A stretch of DNA of 64,000 nt from Tubiluchus corallicola (Eukaryota > Animalia > Priapulida). The translations under genes were made by a program, and so were the position numbers. The stretch is taken from assembly GCA_030141605.1 (NCBI GenBank), contig JAQGDQ010001010.1, positions 1 through 64,000 on the forward strand, read 5' to 3'. Each line of letters starts with the position of its first letter. Position 1 is the first letter of the stretch. The notes under the pieces were generated by a model. The model saw only the letters and a program-made list of their open reading frames with translations. It did not search any database and was not told where the DNA came from. Shown in pieces: positions 13,662 to 25,589 of the stretch.

Positions 13662-14364
13662 ATGTCTGACGTTATCAAATCGGAGCGGCAACAGGTGCCA
13701 AAGGTTGGAAAAACCGACGACGTTTTGCAGATTGGAAATGTAGCCGTGGCAAAACTCGCTGCAAATCGGTGGCTGAAAAGAATGGGCCAAAGAGACTTCC
13801 CGACGCTGCTCACGCCGGACACTCTGTACGAGCGTCTTCAGCGGCAGAGTAACTTTGTCATTCTAGATGCGTCGTACGAAACCACTGCTTACAAGAAGGA
13901 TGCCAAGGAGGACTTCGACGAGAAGCACATTCCCGGGGCGCAATTCTTCGACCTGGAAGAATGCCGGGACACGGACAACCCCAACGCCCTGATGCTGCCC
14001 AGTCCGGAGAAATTTGAGAAGTATGTCGGCAAGCTCGGCATCAGCAACGACACTCACGTGGCGATTTACGACAAGAGCAGCTTGGGAATGATGTCGTCGA
14101 TGCGGGTGTGGTGGGTGTTCCGCGTATTCGGGCACGAGAAGGTGTCGGTCCTCAACGGTGGATTCCTCAACTGGATGCGTGCCGAAAAGCCGGTGACTCA
14201 CATTGTGGTGCACCCGGAGAAACAGGAATTCAAGGCAACGTATCGTGCAGAATTAGTGAAAAAATATGAGGACATGGAGGAAAATTTGCGGTCAAAGATG
14301 TGGCTAGTTGTTGATGGTAGGCCACCGGGAAGGTTTAACGGAACTGCCCCAGAACCCAGAAAAG
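13662..14364 (+). CDS. MPST: Sulfurtransferase (MPST/TST family) exon 1: rhodanese domain 1 and linker; second in-frame ATG at 13782
   Basis: ILDAS, HIPGAQFFDL, MLPSPEKF, RVWWVFRVFGHEKVSVLNGG, DGRPPGRFNGTAPEPR; ends G|gtgagt, phase 1. Confidence 0.95.
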
Positions 14365-14484
14365 GTGAGTTGTGCAAATTATCTGTAATACATATATATT
14401 TATTTGTCATAAAATAGCCTACATTAAGAATGTCATACATCATTCACAGTGCTTGTAATGAATGGACTACACTGTTAATAAGCC

Positions 14485-14750
14485 ATTGCTGCTGTTGTTG
14501 TCATTATTGTCGTCATTGTCGCCATCGTTGCTGCTGCTGATATTGTTGTTGTTGTTGCTGCTGCTGCTGCTGATATTGATGTTGTCGTTGTTGTTGCTCC
14601 TGCTGATATTATTGTTTTACATTACTGTCATTGTTGTTGTTGCTGTTGCTAATACTGTATTGTTGTTGTTGTTCTTGGCTACTGCTGCTTTCGCTTTAGT
14701 TGCTAATGCTGCTGCTACTGTTGCTGCCATTCTTTTTGTTATTATTACTA
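14485..14750. repeat. Degenerate (GTT/GCT)n microsatellite
   Basis: Seen directly in sequence. Confidence 0.85.
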
Positions 14751-15134
14751 TTACTCACATGCCAACTTGAGGTAAGCATCATGTAAGAAAGAATTACATG
14801 CAATTATTGAACTTTGCTTAACGGGGCCACATGAAAATGCATGAAAGTGAAGGCGACGGATACATATTTGCCAAATGCTACATAGTTTAGCCAAGATGAC
14901 CTACACATGATAAATATTTATATAGTTCTGAAGAAAATATTCCGTAGTCATCATGTTCACAAATACTGTTATCAGAGGTAGTGGAAGTCACTAACAAGTG
15001 AGGGGAAATAATAATTTAGAACAACAAACGTGTCTAAAACTCCACCATGCATCTGCATTGAAATCAACTCCACTAATTGATCTGTTCGTCGCTGATAAGA
15101 GAACACTTTCATGTATCACTTTTGTACTATACAC

Positions 15135-15540
15135 TCACATCTGTAGTATGTGGGGCCTTTAACGGTCCAGATTTTGTCCGATTTTTCCGACATCGCTTTT
15201 ATGGATATCGGAAAAATCAGACAAAATCTGGACCGTTAAAAGCCCCACATACTACAGACATAGTTCGTTGTTTTGCTAAATGAGCGCTAGTTGGCGAGCC
15301 GTCACTTTGTTTACATCATTACGTCAGTGCAACCAAGCAGCGTGTAACGACACGTGTGTAGCTTGTATGGCAGCAGCGGCCCGTACTAGGCGTTCTTCTG
15401 ACAATTAGGCGATTTATTCTACATTAACGTGAGTCTAGTACATGGCACGTACTGTATTAGCTTAGTATCAGTAAATACGGACAATCAGCTAATTCGGACC
15501 TACGTCTCCCGGCTTTTCTCTAGCAAATCAAGATAGGAGT
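15135..15540. mobile_element. Abundant dispersed repeat (core gctagttggc.ggccgtcactttgtttacatc); copies at about 27440-28030 (tandem), 30200, 50940 and 61850-62250
   Basis: Shared sequence across five loci; class not determined. Confidence 0.7.
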
Positions 15541-16376
15541 GTACTTCGCCCCTGAAAGTCAACTACATCTCAGTACTATCCTTTCCATTTACTCCTACAT
15601 GGCCCTGACATTAAGGCTCTTTTATTGCTACTTCTACGTAAAAGTAAAAGTTCTCGTTCATTGGTTCCCAAACATTGATAATTTGTTCGTAGTAGAACAC
15701 ACTTCGTTCGAACTCAAAAACTTAGTTTTCCGTCCAGCCCCTTACCTGCGGAATCTTTACCATAAAATTGCTTCCATGTTAAACACAACATTAGCCATTT
15801 GAAGAACAAAGTTAACAGATATCTTCACTCCAATCTATTTCTATTTTTCTAGACTAGTACCGGCATTTCGTCTCTCTACTCATCTTTATTTTGAGTAGCC
15901 ACTGGCATTAGTTATGGCAATCTTTATAAAAAACATGCCTTACTTACAAAAAGTTTTGATTTGAAAATAATGAATAATCATTTAAAAAATAAATTAGCTT
16001 TCTTTAATAAACGCATTAAAAATGTGCCCTAAACTATTTTCCTGTGCCCTGCAACCGAAGTTAAGCAACGCTAAGGCTGGCCACAGGTCAACTAGGGGCA
16101 TAAAATGTACTCAGTAATAGCAGTGGGTTCCATCCCTACAGAAGGGGAGCTGTGAGATGTTTTTGTACATTGATAACACACGTTGCCATGCAAATTAAAA
16201 GTGCACTAGTCCGTGTATATGTGAGATAAAATTTTATGACTGAACTTGCTATCCAGCTGTGTTTATCTATCAATCCTTATCGTGAATGAACTATATAATA
16301 CTAGTCATTCCCTAAACTCAATGTGCCACGGAATGAAAGTGCAACATTTATTGCGACCAAGACGGATACTAAAGAA

Positions 16377-17272
16377 CAGTAACGGCCCGTAGTTAGTGGG
16401 CTGCTGCTTGAGAAAATTTTTAGCCATTGTTTTAATACTGTGTAAAACTGAACAACCATATGTAATTTCAATGTTGTAATCTGTAATTGTAAGCTTAAAC
16501 AAATAAACATTCAAAAATTTATACATAAATTTGATAACAATAAAATTATTTGCTTACGAACAGACGAAATTGTCGCAGTTCAAGAATATGCCGATACACA
16601 GTTTATAAGCACGAGACAACTTACAACAAACTGCGTGAGCAACAGTACTTTCTCTATATAGCAGCAGACAGAGTATAGTGTGTTATCTCAGACATGTGTG
16701 CATGGCCACACGCACACAAGAGCCAACCACACCACTGTGCTGGGCTGTGAAGCAGACAGTACTAACCTCATGTGCTCTGGTTCCGTACATGTATAAAGAA
16801 AGAACTAAAGAAAAAAGACTTATCATATTGAATATTATAAATAATCTTCTTCTTCCCAGCTTTTCCCTATTCGGGGTCGCCGTTGTGAATGAGTCTTCTC
16901 CACGCATTCCTGTTGTTGACCATCTCTTCATTTATGTTCTTCTCTTTAAGGTCTCCATTAATACATTCAAAGCTTGGGTCGTCCTCTTCTTCTATTTCCC
17001 AGCACTTCCATTTCCATGACCTCCCTTCCCACATGATCTTCACCGACTCTTCTTTTCAGGTGCCCATACCATCGCAATCTTGCCTCTTGTATCTTTTTCG
17101 AGGATTCCACTACTTTCACTGTTCCTCTGATATTATTATTTCTAATTTTATCTCTTCTTGTTATTCCCACCATCCATCTCAACATCCTCATCTCCACCAA
17201 ATATTTTCCATAATACTGAGTGAAAATAGGGGCTGCTGTAGTTCCACAGTGCCTACACGCGAGCCGCCACTG
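16377..17272. mobile_element. hAT-like MITE copy (cagtggcggctcg family) interrupted by an RTE fragment
   Basis: Homologous to 18795-19422; ends gagccgccactg. Confidence 0.75.
16846..17198 (-). mobile_element. RTE-clade LINE 3' fragment with (GAA)n tail
   Basis: EMRMLRWMVGITRRDKIRN..RLRWYGHLKRR..RRRGRPK; degenerate 15-bp TSD aatattataaataat / aatattttccataat. Confidence 0.88.
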
Positions 17273-17633
17273 CAAAAGCGCATAGCTAAAATGAACTAGC
17301 AATCTTCTTCATACGTTCCGATATTCTGCAAGCTGGTATCCGATACCCAACAATGGAACGTACCCAATGTAGACAATAGTGGTAGATCCAGAAACTATCT
17401 CATTATCAGGATGTATATGCATATTTCTCAGGTTAATAACCCAGGCTGTACCCATGCCGATGAAACCGCCCAGAATAAGTACTGAACCCACCCATCCATT
17501 CACCGCTCAGACTCTCCACTGCTTAACTTTAACAAAGCGTCAGAAAGTGTTAAGTAATGATAGCTTGGAAACACGGAATAGTAAAATAAGCAAAGCAGAT
17601 GTACTTAACCAAGTCTGAACCATCCTTTTGTAG

Positions 17634-17734
17634 AAATTAAACCAGGACACATGCCGGGAGCGATAAACCTGCCTTTCCGGGAAATTCTGGACCAGGAAAC
17701 CAAAAGTATCAAGCCAGTGAAGGATCTCAGACAG
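17634..17734 (+). CDS. MPST: Sulfurtransferase exon 2 (EIKPGHMPGAINLPFREILDQETKSIKPVKDLRQ)
   Basis: ccttttgtag / gtgggt, 101 nt, phase 1-0; GH.PGA.N.PF rhodanese signature. Confidence 0.93.
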
Positions 17735-17869
17735 GTGGGTTATTGTAAAACACGAAACAGGGAATGACAAAGCCTATGACTGTCAAGATTTATTGATTTT
17801 TAACACACTAGTTGCAACAATAGATAAAACAGACTGCATAGCATGTACTGACTAGAAACTAAATGCTGC

Positions 17870-18490
17870 TTACAAACCAAAACCGTCCATAAGTCGGCAT
17901 AGTTAAAACTACGCTATGATGCTTCAAAGTAGAATGCACCAAAAATTTGATCAAATGTCAATTTGTTTATTTTTTATGAAAACAAATGATAAATATATTG
18001 GACTTTTATATTCTAGCATCAAATTATCAGGAAAATGTCCAAAAAATACTAAAAATCTAATTTCATAACTCCTTACCCACTTTTCTGACTAAAAACTAGT
18101 ACTGAAATTGTAAAAAAAAACTTGCATTTTCAAAGTCGGATTGTAGCTCGAGAAAGCAGTCATTTTGCTTCGGCTTTTTTCTGTTGACAAGACCAGATCT
18201 TCGTCAGGAAGAGCCACCTACTGGATTCAAAGCGCTCTTGTAAAGTCCATAGCAACCACACTTTCATACGGTTGCTAAGTGTTTTGCAGAAATGCGACAA
18301 AAAACAATGGCTAACTTTAACAGTGATTTTCTCAAGATTATGTTTTCAGTGCGCAGCCTGCACCTCAACTTCAACGTGGATTATCTCAGCTTAGTAATAG
18401 CATAGAGTGATGAACTTGGCATCAATATGATTCTAATGAAACGGAGATTCAGGATATGTGAATATCTAGAAAAGTTTGCTATGCAAGTAT
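17870..18490. mobile_element. Non-autonomous DNA element of about 620 bp; second copy at about 36585-37232
   Basis: Long colinear similarity; terminal inverted match aaaccgtccataagtcggca / tgccgacttatggatgattt. Confidence 0.75.
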
Positions 18491-18562
18491 GCAAGCACAG
18501 ATATCTCATTATCTGTCAGCTGTGGTTTCCAAAAACAGTAATAATGTTTCTATTTCTTGCAG

Positions 18563-18751
18563 ATTTTTGCCAAAAACAATGTTGACTTAAATAAACCAAT
18601 CATAGCTACGTGTGGACAGGGCATGACCGCATGTGGAATCGCACTCGCCAGTCACCTATGTGGAAAACAGGACGTACCCGTGTTCGACGGAGCGTGGATG
18701 GAGTGGTTCAATCGTGCAAAGAAAGAGCATATAATCAGCGAAACCGAGTGA
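18563..18751 (+). CDS. MPST: Sulfurtransferase exon 3, terminal (IFAKNNVDLNKPIIATCGQGMTAC...VFDGAWMEW...SETE*)
   Basis: tttcttgcag acceptor, phase 0; catalytic Cys loop and FDGAW.EW C-terminal signature; about 330 aa from 13662 or 290 aa from 13782. Confidence 0.95.
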   Translation: MFAKNNVDLNKPIIATCGQGMTACGIALASHLCGKQDVPVFDGAWMEWFNRAKKEHIISETE

Positions 18752-18794
18752 CGCGCTTACTCTTTTCAAAATCATTGAATGTGTTAGTATAAGC

Positions 18795-19422
18795 CAGTGG
18801 CGGCTCGTAGCTAAAATTACTGGGGGTGCTGCTTCAGTTTTGTAGCCATTGTTTTAATACTGTGTAAAACGTAACAAACACGTGTAATTTTAATAATTTT
18901 AATCTTGCAGTTATATTTGAAGATCAGGTGTTGAATTGCCTCCTTTCTTAACTGCAACTTTTTCATGGAGAGACAACTGTGAAAAATTAAGCTGCTGTAG
19001 TTCACTTACAGTCACAGTACTCATTTCTTGGTGATGCAAGGCGTCCACTATTAAATAACCGACGTTTTAAGCACACTCGCTAAGTTTACACGTTATCACA
19101 TCCAAGAATATGACGGTAAACGGTAAGCACGTGGCCAATGTGATTGTGATAGAGACAGTACTTTTATACCTAACAGCAGACGCTAGCAGCGCAGCGTACA
19201 GCATATTATCTCAGACATGTGTGCATGGCCGCATGCGCACAGCAGCCAAACACCGCATTGCTTAGGCTGTGAAGCAAACGGTACTTCCCTCACATGCTCC
19301 TGTTCCGCACAAGTATAAAAAAAACTAAAGAAAAAAGACTTATAATATTGAATATTATCGATAATAATGAGTGAAAAAGGAGGTGCTGTGGTACCACAGT
19401 AACTACACACGAGCTGCCACTG
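18795..19422. mobile_element. hAT-like MITE with perfect 8-bp TSD
   Basis: TIR cagtggcggctcgt / acgagctgccactg; TSD gtataagc on both sides. Confidence 0.9.
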
Positions 19423-19809
19423 GTATAAGCATTACTGTTAGTGTTAGTGTTAGTGTTATGGTATACACAATGTTAAGCAGCATAAGTTAAGGAAAATATT
19501 GCTCACAGGAAGTACTCAGAAACGAAGTACTCATGAAAGCAGTGTATGAAAAGTGAAATCGGGGAAAAACAGTTTTTAATTTTGCATACAATTATATAGG
19601 AAAAGTGCAAACTGGGCATTTTCACACTGCAAATTGTAAAACTGTGTCAACTGACTATTGTCAACAGGCAAATAATACATAGGAGAAATGAACAAATAAA
19701 CTATAAACTACAAATCAAATAAAAGTACTCTAGTATTCTTAATTAAATATCAAATGTTTGACATTTCATTAAATTTCAACACTAAGATCGATTGGAATTG
19801 CTACGATCT

Positions 19810-20206
19810 TCTTCTTCTTCTTCTTCAATGAATCACACGCCCAGGGACACGATTCTGCTCACCTCCCTATGCCAGGACTCCCTACACGCTGCTATGCCAC
19901 AAGTGCATTTATTTCTAAGGATCAATGCTGAAGTGTTTAAATCTTTCTGTGCAAAATCTAAATATGTTAACATTTGTCCTCCTGCAGGTTTTTTAGCTGT
20001 TTCTACGGCTTGTTGAAGAGCTATCTTCACTGGAACGTCATCAGGAAGTCTAAGCATATACCCAATCCATCTTAAACGGCGTCTTTTTATTTTTCTTGTC
20101 CAAATTTCTTTTTTTTTACTTAATTTGTTTGAAATTTTCTTTGGCCATCTAATACCCAAAATGTTTCTGTAATTTCGCCTTTGAAATGCATCGATTTCAG
20201 CTTTAT
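19810..20206 (-). mobile_element. RTE/RTEX-like LINE 3' fragment with (GAA)n tail and 15-bp TSD
   Basis: IDAFQRR..RNILGIRWPKKISN..IKRRRLRWIG.MLRLP; TSD gaattgctacgatct at 19795-19809 and 20207-20221. Confidence 0.88.
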
Positions 20207-20603
20207 GAATTGCTACGATCTGATTTTTAGAAAGAAATTTACATATTTTTAAATTTCGCATTGAAAAGGTAACTGTGTTACGCTAAGACGTCTATGTTAT
20301 AATAATCCAATTACCAAATGATATTTAGGAAAAAATAAAAAAATAAAAATAATCTTTCAATAATCCCTGCGTACTTATAATCATTTTCTTATTCTATCAA
20401 AAAACTTACAAACTTAGAATTTAATGGAAAGTTTTGCAGAGCTTTGACAAATGGAAGCAAAGTGGTTAAACATTAAACTACAACTGGCGCCATCTAGATT
20501 ACAGTTGCAGAGTTATATCAAGTAACAGCATGAGAATAGCTAGCATTACACTAGAAACTGTATCTACTTATTCCAATTGATTTAAACCCTTAACCCCATT
20601 CTA

Positions 20604-21032
20604 CAGTCATTTGCAAAAGTTTAAGAGCAAAGTGAATTTTTCATGAAAATTGAAAACCATCGTTTAACATGGTTCCATCTAAAAACTATTCATTTATTCT
20701 TCTAGAAAAATATACTACAGCATAGTTTGTATGCTTTTATCCAAAAATAGTCACAGTCCTTGAACATTTTAGCACTTTGTATGGCTGCCGAAGTTGTCAA
20801 TCACTGCCTTCATTCTAAGAGGCATACTGGAAATTAGGTTTTGGCAGTACTCGGAAGTAATTTCTTTAACCCAGACGTCCTTGATAACTCTTCGCAAGAC
20901 TTCAGCACTTGATGGCTGCCTGTCTGACCACTAGCAGTACGATGCAATCAACAAAGAATCTGATGCAATCAGGGTACAGTATGATGAAAAACCCAAAACT
21001 CGAGCTTGGTCTTAAACTTTTGCAAATGACTG
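20604..21032. mobile_element. Tc1-derived internally deleted element, copy 1
   Basis: TA-flanked TIRs cagtcatttgcaaaagtttaaga; minus strand retains the Tc1 C-terminus (IKDVW..EIT.EYCQNLISSMPLRMKAVI...G.HTK). Confidence 0.9.
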
Positions 21033-21769
21033 TATAAAAATGGCAAAATTGATTTGTTGCTACCATGTTTATTTACATGCCAAGGAGCCGATTGAAGATA
21101 AAGACAGTCATCAGAAGGAATGCTTCTAAGTTTATGATTAAACAACACAGAAAATGCTTAAAGCACAACCGGACCTCGTCTTAAACTGCAGGTCAAAACA
21201 ACCTAATCCTCAAAATATTGAAAGAAAACATACTATTTTTTCAAAAATGACTTACATGAAAGAATACTGCCAAACAAACACAATTTTCACATTCGCGCCA
21301 CTAGTTCATCACTGATACATGCATTTCGCCATTCGCTAGTTAGACGGACACTATCGCCTGCATTTCGGAAAGCGTCGAACAAAAAACAGGTGCTGTACCA
21401 CTCACTTTAGATCTGTTAGTTTGTGATAAACTACACACGTTCGACAGCTCATGCGTGAGCACAGCGGCAAATTAGAAAGTTGAGTTTTTATCTTGAAACT
21501 TGTCTAGTTTTAGTACAACACGCTGAATCTGTCACAGTAGCACTGTACTTCAATCTTCGCAAACATGCGCGACACGCTCGTGGAACAGAATAACGCAATA
21601 TGTACCGTTTTACTGCTTAGGCAAAAAAACTAGGTAAAAAAAGTTGTCGATAAAATAAAAAATAGCTGTGAACAAAGTAAAAAATCGTCGTTAAAATGAA
21701 ACGTCGCTAAATGGGGAGTTGTTAAGCGAGGACTTACTGTATCGAGCACTGCAAAATAATTTCACTTAC

Positions 21770-21963
21770 TTGGAAAATTTAAGCATCCGTTGATCTCAAC
21801 GCGTCCAGCAAAATCATGCGCCCCCTTGTGCTCGAGTTTCTCCACTGCACCACCCAAACCGAGACCCTTTTGGCCGACCATGACGAACGTGTCACGGTGC
21901 TGTAACTCTTTCACCAGAGAGCTGCCGAATTTCTGCAGCAAGTTACGCGAGTCTATGCTCAAC
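21770..21963 (-). CDS. POMGNT1: POMGnT1-like exon 7 (LSIDSRNLLQKFGSSLVKELQHRDTFVMVGQKG...EINGCLNFP), end of ILEI domain 1
   Basis: gacag / gtaagt, 194 nt, phase 2-1. Confidence 0.92.
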
Positions 21964-22202
21964 CTGTCACAGATATGGCTTCATTAGTGACAAACATATA
22001 AACTTAAAAACTTAGAATTTAATGAAAAGTTTTGCAGAGATTTGACAAATGGAAACAAAGTGGTTAAACATTAAACTACAACTGGCGCCATCTAGATTAC
22101 AATTGTAGAGTTATAATCAGGTAACAGCATGAGAATAGCTAACATTACACTAGAAACTGTATCTACTTATTCCAATTGATTTAACCCCTTAACCCCATTC
22201 TA

Positions 22203-22634
22203 CAGTCATTTGCAAAAGTTTAAGACCAAAGTGATTTTTTCATGAAAATTGACAAAACCATCGTTTAACACGGTTCCGTCTAAAAACTATTCATTTATTC
22301 TTCTAGAAAAATACACTACAGCATAGTTTGTATGCTTTTATCCAAAAATAGTCACAGTCCTTGAACATTTTAGTACTTTGTATGGCTGCCGAAGTTGTCA
22401 ATCACTGCCTTCATTCTAAGAGGCATACTGGAAATTAGGTTTTGGCAGTACTCCGAAGTAATTTCTTTAACCCAAACGTCCTTGATAACTCTTCGCAAGA
22501 CTTCAGCACTTGATGGCTGCCTGTCTGACCACTAGCAGTACGATGCAATCAACAAAGAATCTGATGCAATCAGGGTACAGTATGATGAAAAACCCGAAAA
22601 CTCGAGCTTGGGCTTAAACTTTTGCAAATGACTG
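22203..22634. mobile_element. Tc1-derived internally deleted element, copy 2
   Basis: Near-identical to 20604-21032, TA-flanked. Confidence 0.9.
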
Positions 22635-22809
22635 TAATAAAACTCTAAAGTGCAAATCTTTGTTTAGATTTTGAGTTTCGTTTATTATGTGATCTATGCA
22701 GGCATCACAGGTCCACAAAAGCAACATGGAAGCTTTTTGGCATCATCCACTAAAACGTTTTGTGTTCTCAGAGCAAAAATTTTCCAATTTAAGGAAAAAA
22801 CATCTCGCC

Positions 22810-23207
22810 CAGTGGCGACTCGTAGCTAAAATTACTGGGGGTGCTGCTTCAGAAATTTTCTAGCCATTTTTGCTTATAAATAATCTATGTTGCTACAGTT
22901 CAAGAATATCCCAGTACCGGGTTTTTAAACACGTGGCAACTGACGACAAACTGTGTGAGCGACAGTACTTTCTCTACCAAGAAGCAGATGCTAGCAGTGC
23001 AGCGTACAGCATATTATCTCAGACATGTGTGCACGGCCACATGAGCACAACAGCCAACCACACCACTGTGCTAGGCTATGAAGCATACAGTACTACCCTC
23101 ACGTGCTCAGGACTATACAAGTATAAAAGATTTGTTATACTGAATATTATCGATGTGAAAATAGGGGGCGCTGCAGTTCCACAGCGCCTATACATGACCC
23201 GCCACTG
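22810..23207. mobile_element. hAT-like MITE (cagtggcg family), shorter copy
   Basis: Same TIRs and body as 18795-19422. Confidence 0.8.
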
Positions 23208-23290
23208 ATTACGCTAATTGCACGTATATTAAACTGCCTGATTTCACTCCACATTTTTAAAATCAGTTATTTTTTTAACACAGTAATATA

Positions 23291-23737
23291 CAGTCAACCT
23301 CGAGTATAAGGTATAAGTGACCACCAACAACGGTTCCAATTTTTCGTAACGTTTTTCCTTATAAAAATCTTTGTACAGAAGGTACTCGGATATAAGGGAC
23401 GATATCTTCATGTCCCGCATAATAGAAACCCAGGTATCTTAACTCGCATATAAGGGACCCTATAATCAAAATGAAATTGATCGATTTTTAACCTTAATTT
23501 TTCGCAAACTCGACCTTCGAACAGCTCAGTTTCCGTGGTCACATACATCTCGCATCACTGAAGGAGCTTCCTACATACCGTTTGCACTGAATGTGTAGCA
23601 ATAATCCATAAAAATGTGGGTAAAAGTACAGGTCTAGATACGCTCTCGGTCTGACTCAACTCCGCCTATAAGGGACATCGGATACAAGGGACGATTTTTT
23701 CCGGTTCGGAGCTGTCCCTTATATCGGAGGTTGACTG
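23291..23737. mobile_element. pogo/Tigger-type MITE
   Basis: TA-cagtcaacctc ... gaggttgactg-TA; longer copy at 44159-44667. Confidence 0.88.
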
Positions 23738-24045
23738 TACTGCTCATTTTTTAAGTTCCATATTTAAATCCAATTCTCACACTTATGTATTAGTATAATT
23801 TTTCAACAGCTTGAAAGTTGATAGTAAAATAAATTAGTCAAACCTTGTTCTAACCTTTATAATGTCAACTTTATTCAATTCAGGAATTTTTTAGCAAAAC
23901 AAAATATGTATACTTGCACAGACACAAATGTATTAATCCACCTCATCATAATGCCAAACTCGCTAATATTTTTGCAGTCACAAAGTATATGGTAAAAAGA
24001 GGTTTCTAATTCAACTAACGGCAAAGGAGAGTAAAAATGTCTTAC

Positions 24046-24127
24046 TTCAGTGAACAATCATCGAAACAAGCGACCAGAACTACCCAGTGGTCAGGCACTG
24101 ACCTCAGTGTTTCTAAAAAATTCGTAT
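24046..24127 (-). CDS. POMGNT1: POMGnT1-like exon 6 (DTNFLETLRSVPDHWVVLVACFDDCSLK)
   Basis: cttttgcag / gtaaga, 82 nt, phase 1-2; paralogous to exon 10. Confidence 0.9.
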
Positions 24128-24354
24128 CTGCAAAAGCACGTAATTATAATTACACTCCTTGTATGAAGTTCAAAAGTCTCATCAGAATCAATAATTCACT
24201 TATAGCACAAGAAAACCTTCCACTTACACAAAGTTTAAAAAATTCGTCTTGAAATTTTATATCACTTACATACTGTCTTTTTGCATGCAGGGCTTGCGTC
24301 AGCCGTAACGCTGAATAAAACGTGTAAATTTAAACTCCCGCGATGACTGTCAGA

Positions 24355-24830
24355 CGCAACCATTTTGACGACAGGTCATTTGAAACAAGAATAGATAACA
24401 TTTTGTAAAGTTTGAAAAAATAATCAGAGCATTCGTAATGCACAAGTCACTAACTAAATAAAATTTAAAATTACTGCGGCTTGTCAATAAGATAAAAATA
24501 GTGAATGGTTAGTGAGTGGTGCACCCTGGAGGGTGAGTCAGCGACATTTTACCAATTGGTGAAAACATTTTAAATAATTAATAATTTGCTTTACTAGTTA
24601 CATAAGCAACCATTTTGATGATAAGTCATTAATAATAAGTTTAGAAAAAAATAATCAGAGCATTCGTAGCATACATATTGCTCACTAAGTAAGATTTTAA
24701 ATTACTGTATCTTGCCAACAAGATTAGAAATACATTTTTGGTTAGTGAGTGGCGCATCCTGAAGGGTGAGTCGGCGACATTTTACCAATTGGTGAAAACA
24801 TTTTAAATTATTATTTCTAGTTACATAAGT
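24355..24830. repeat. Diverged tandem duplication of about 240 bp
   Basis: aatcagagcattcgta and gggtgagtc.gcgacattttaccaattggtgaaaacatttt each occur twice. Confidence 0.8.
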
Positions 24831-25506
24831 CTCTCAAGCAGGTAAGCAAAACGCTAAATAATATAATTATGCATAGAAAATTTTTTGGGACATAATTTAA
24901 CGATTACTCTTCTTCCCCTGATTTACGTTTGCATAGGTGACGTCATCTAATGGCGCCATCGGAACAGTATTGCAGGAGATTTAAAATGAAAAGAAACAAA
25001 AAATCCTTTTAACGTGAGTACGATATACGCACTAAATTACTGTAAAGTAATATAATTTTTTAAGACGATTTTTTTGTATCCTACTCCAGGTGTCCTTTAA
25101 GGCAACAAATGGAATACCAGTGGTGTTATTACTTTGTCAATAATCATAGACAACAACAATAATAATAATAACAATAATAATGGCAACAAAAATCATAGAC
25201 GGATTCATAAAAAAGTAAAAGTGTAAATAACTATATATACACATACATGATAGTAATTTTATATCTAAAATTTCAGTAGATGACTTGCAACATGATTATA
25301 TCAGGTAAGTTATTATTTACGTGTATTACTTTTTCTTATCAATGTAATTATCACTGGTGGATTATGACGCCGGGGCGAGACCTGTATACATTACATTACA
25401 TTACATAAGTAGTTTATATTGTCGTGATGAAGCTATTGAAGTGTCCTGTTTCGGATTGTACACAGAACAAGTGTGGGTAGAATAGTCGTAGTCGGCAACG
25501 GTGCTT

Positions 25507-25558
25507 AGAGAGGGCGGGGGAGAGGAGGCAGATGAAGGTAGAGAGAATGAGTGAGTGA

Positions 25559-25589
<31 letters not shown>

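Noticed and set aside
13863-14213. Antisense 116-aa ORF over MPST exon 1
   Set aside because: Shadow ORF from GC3-rich codon usage
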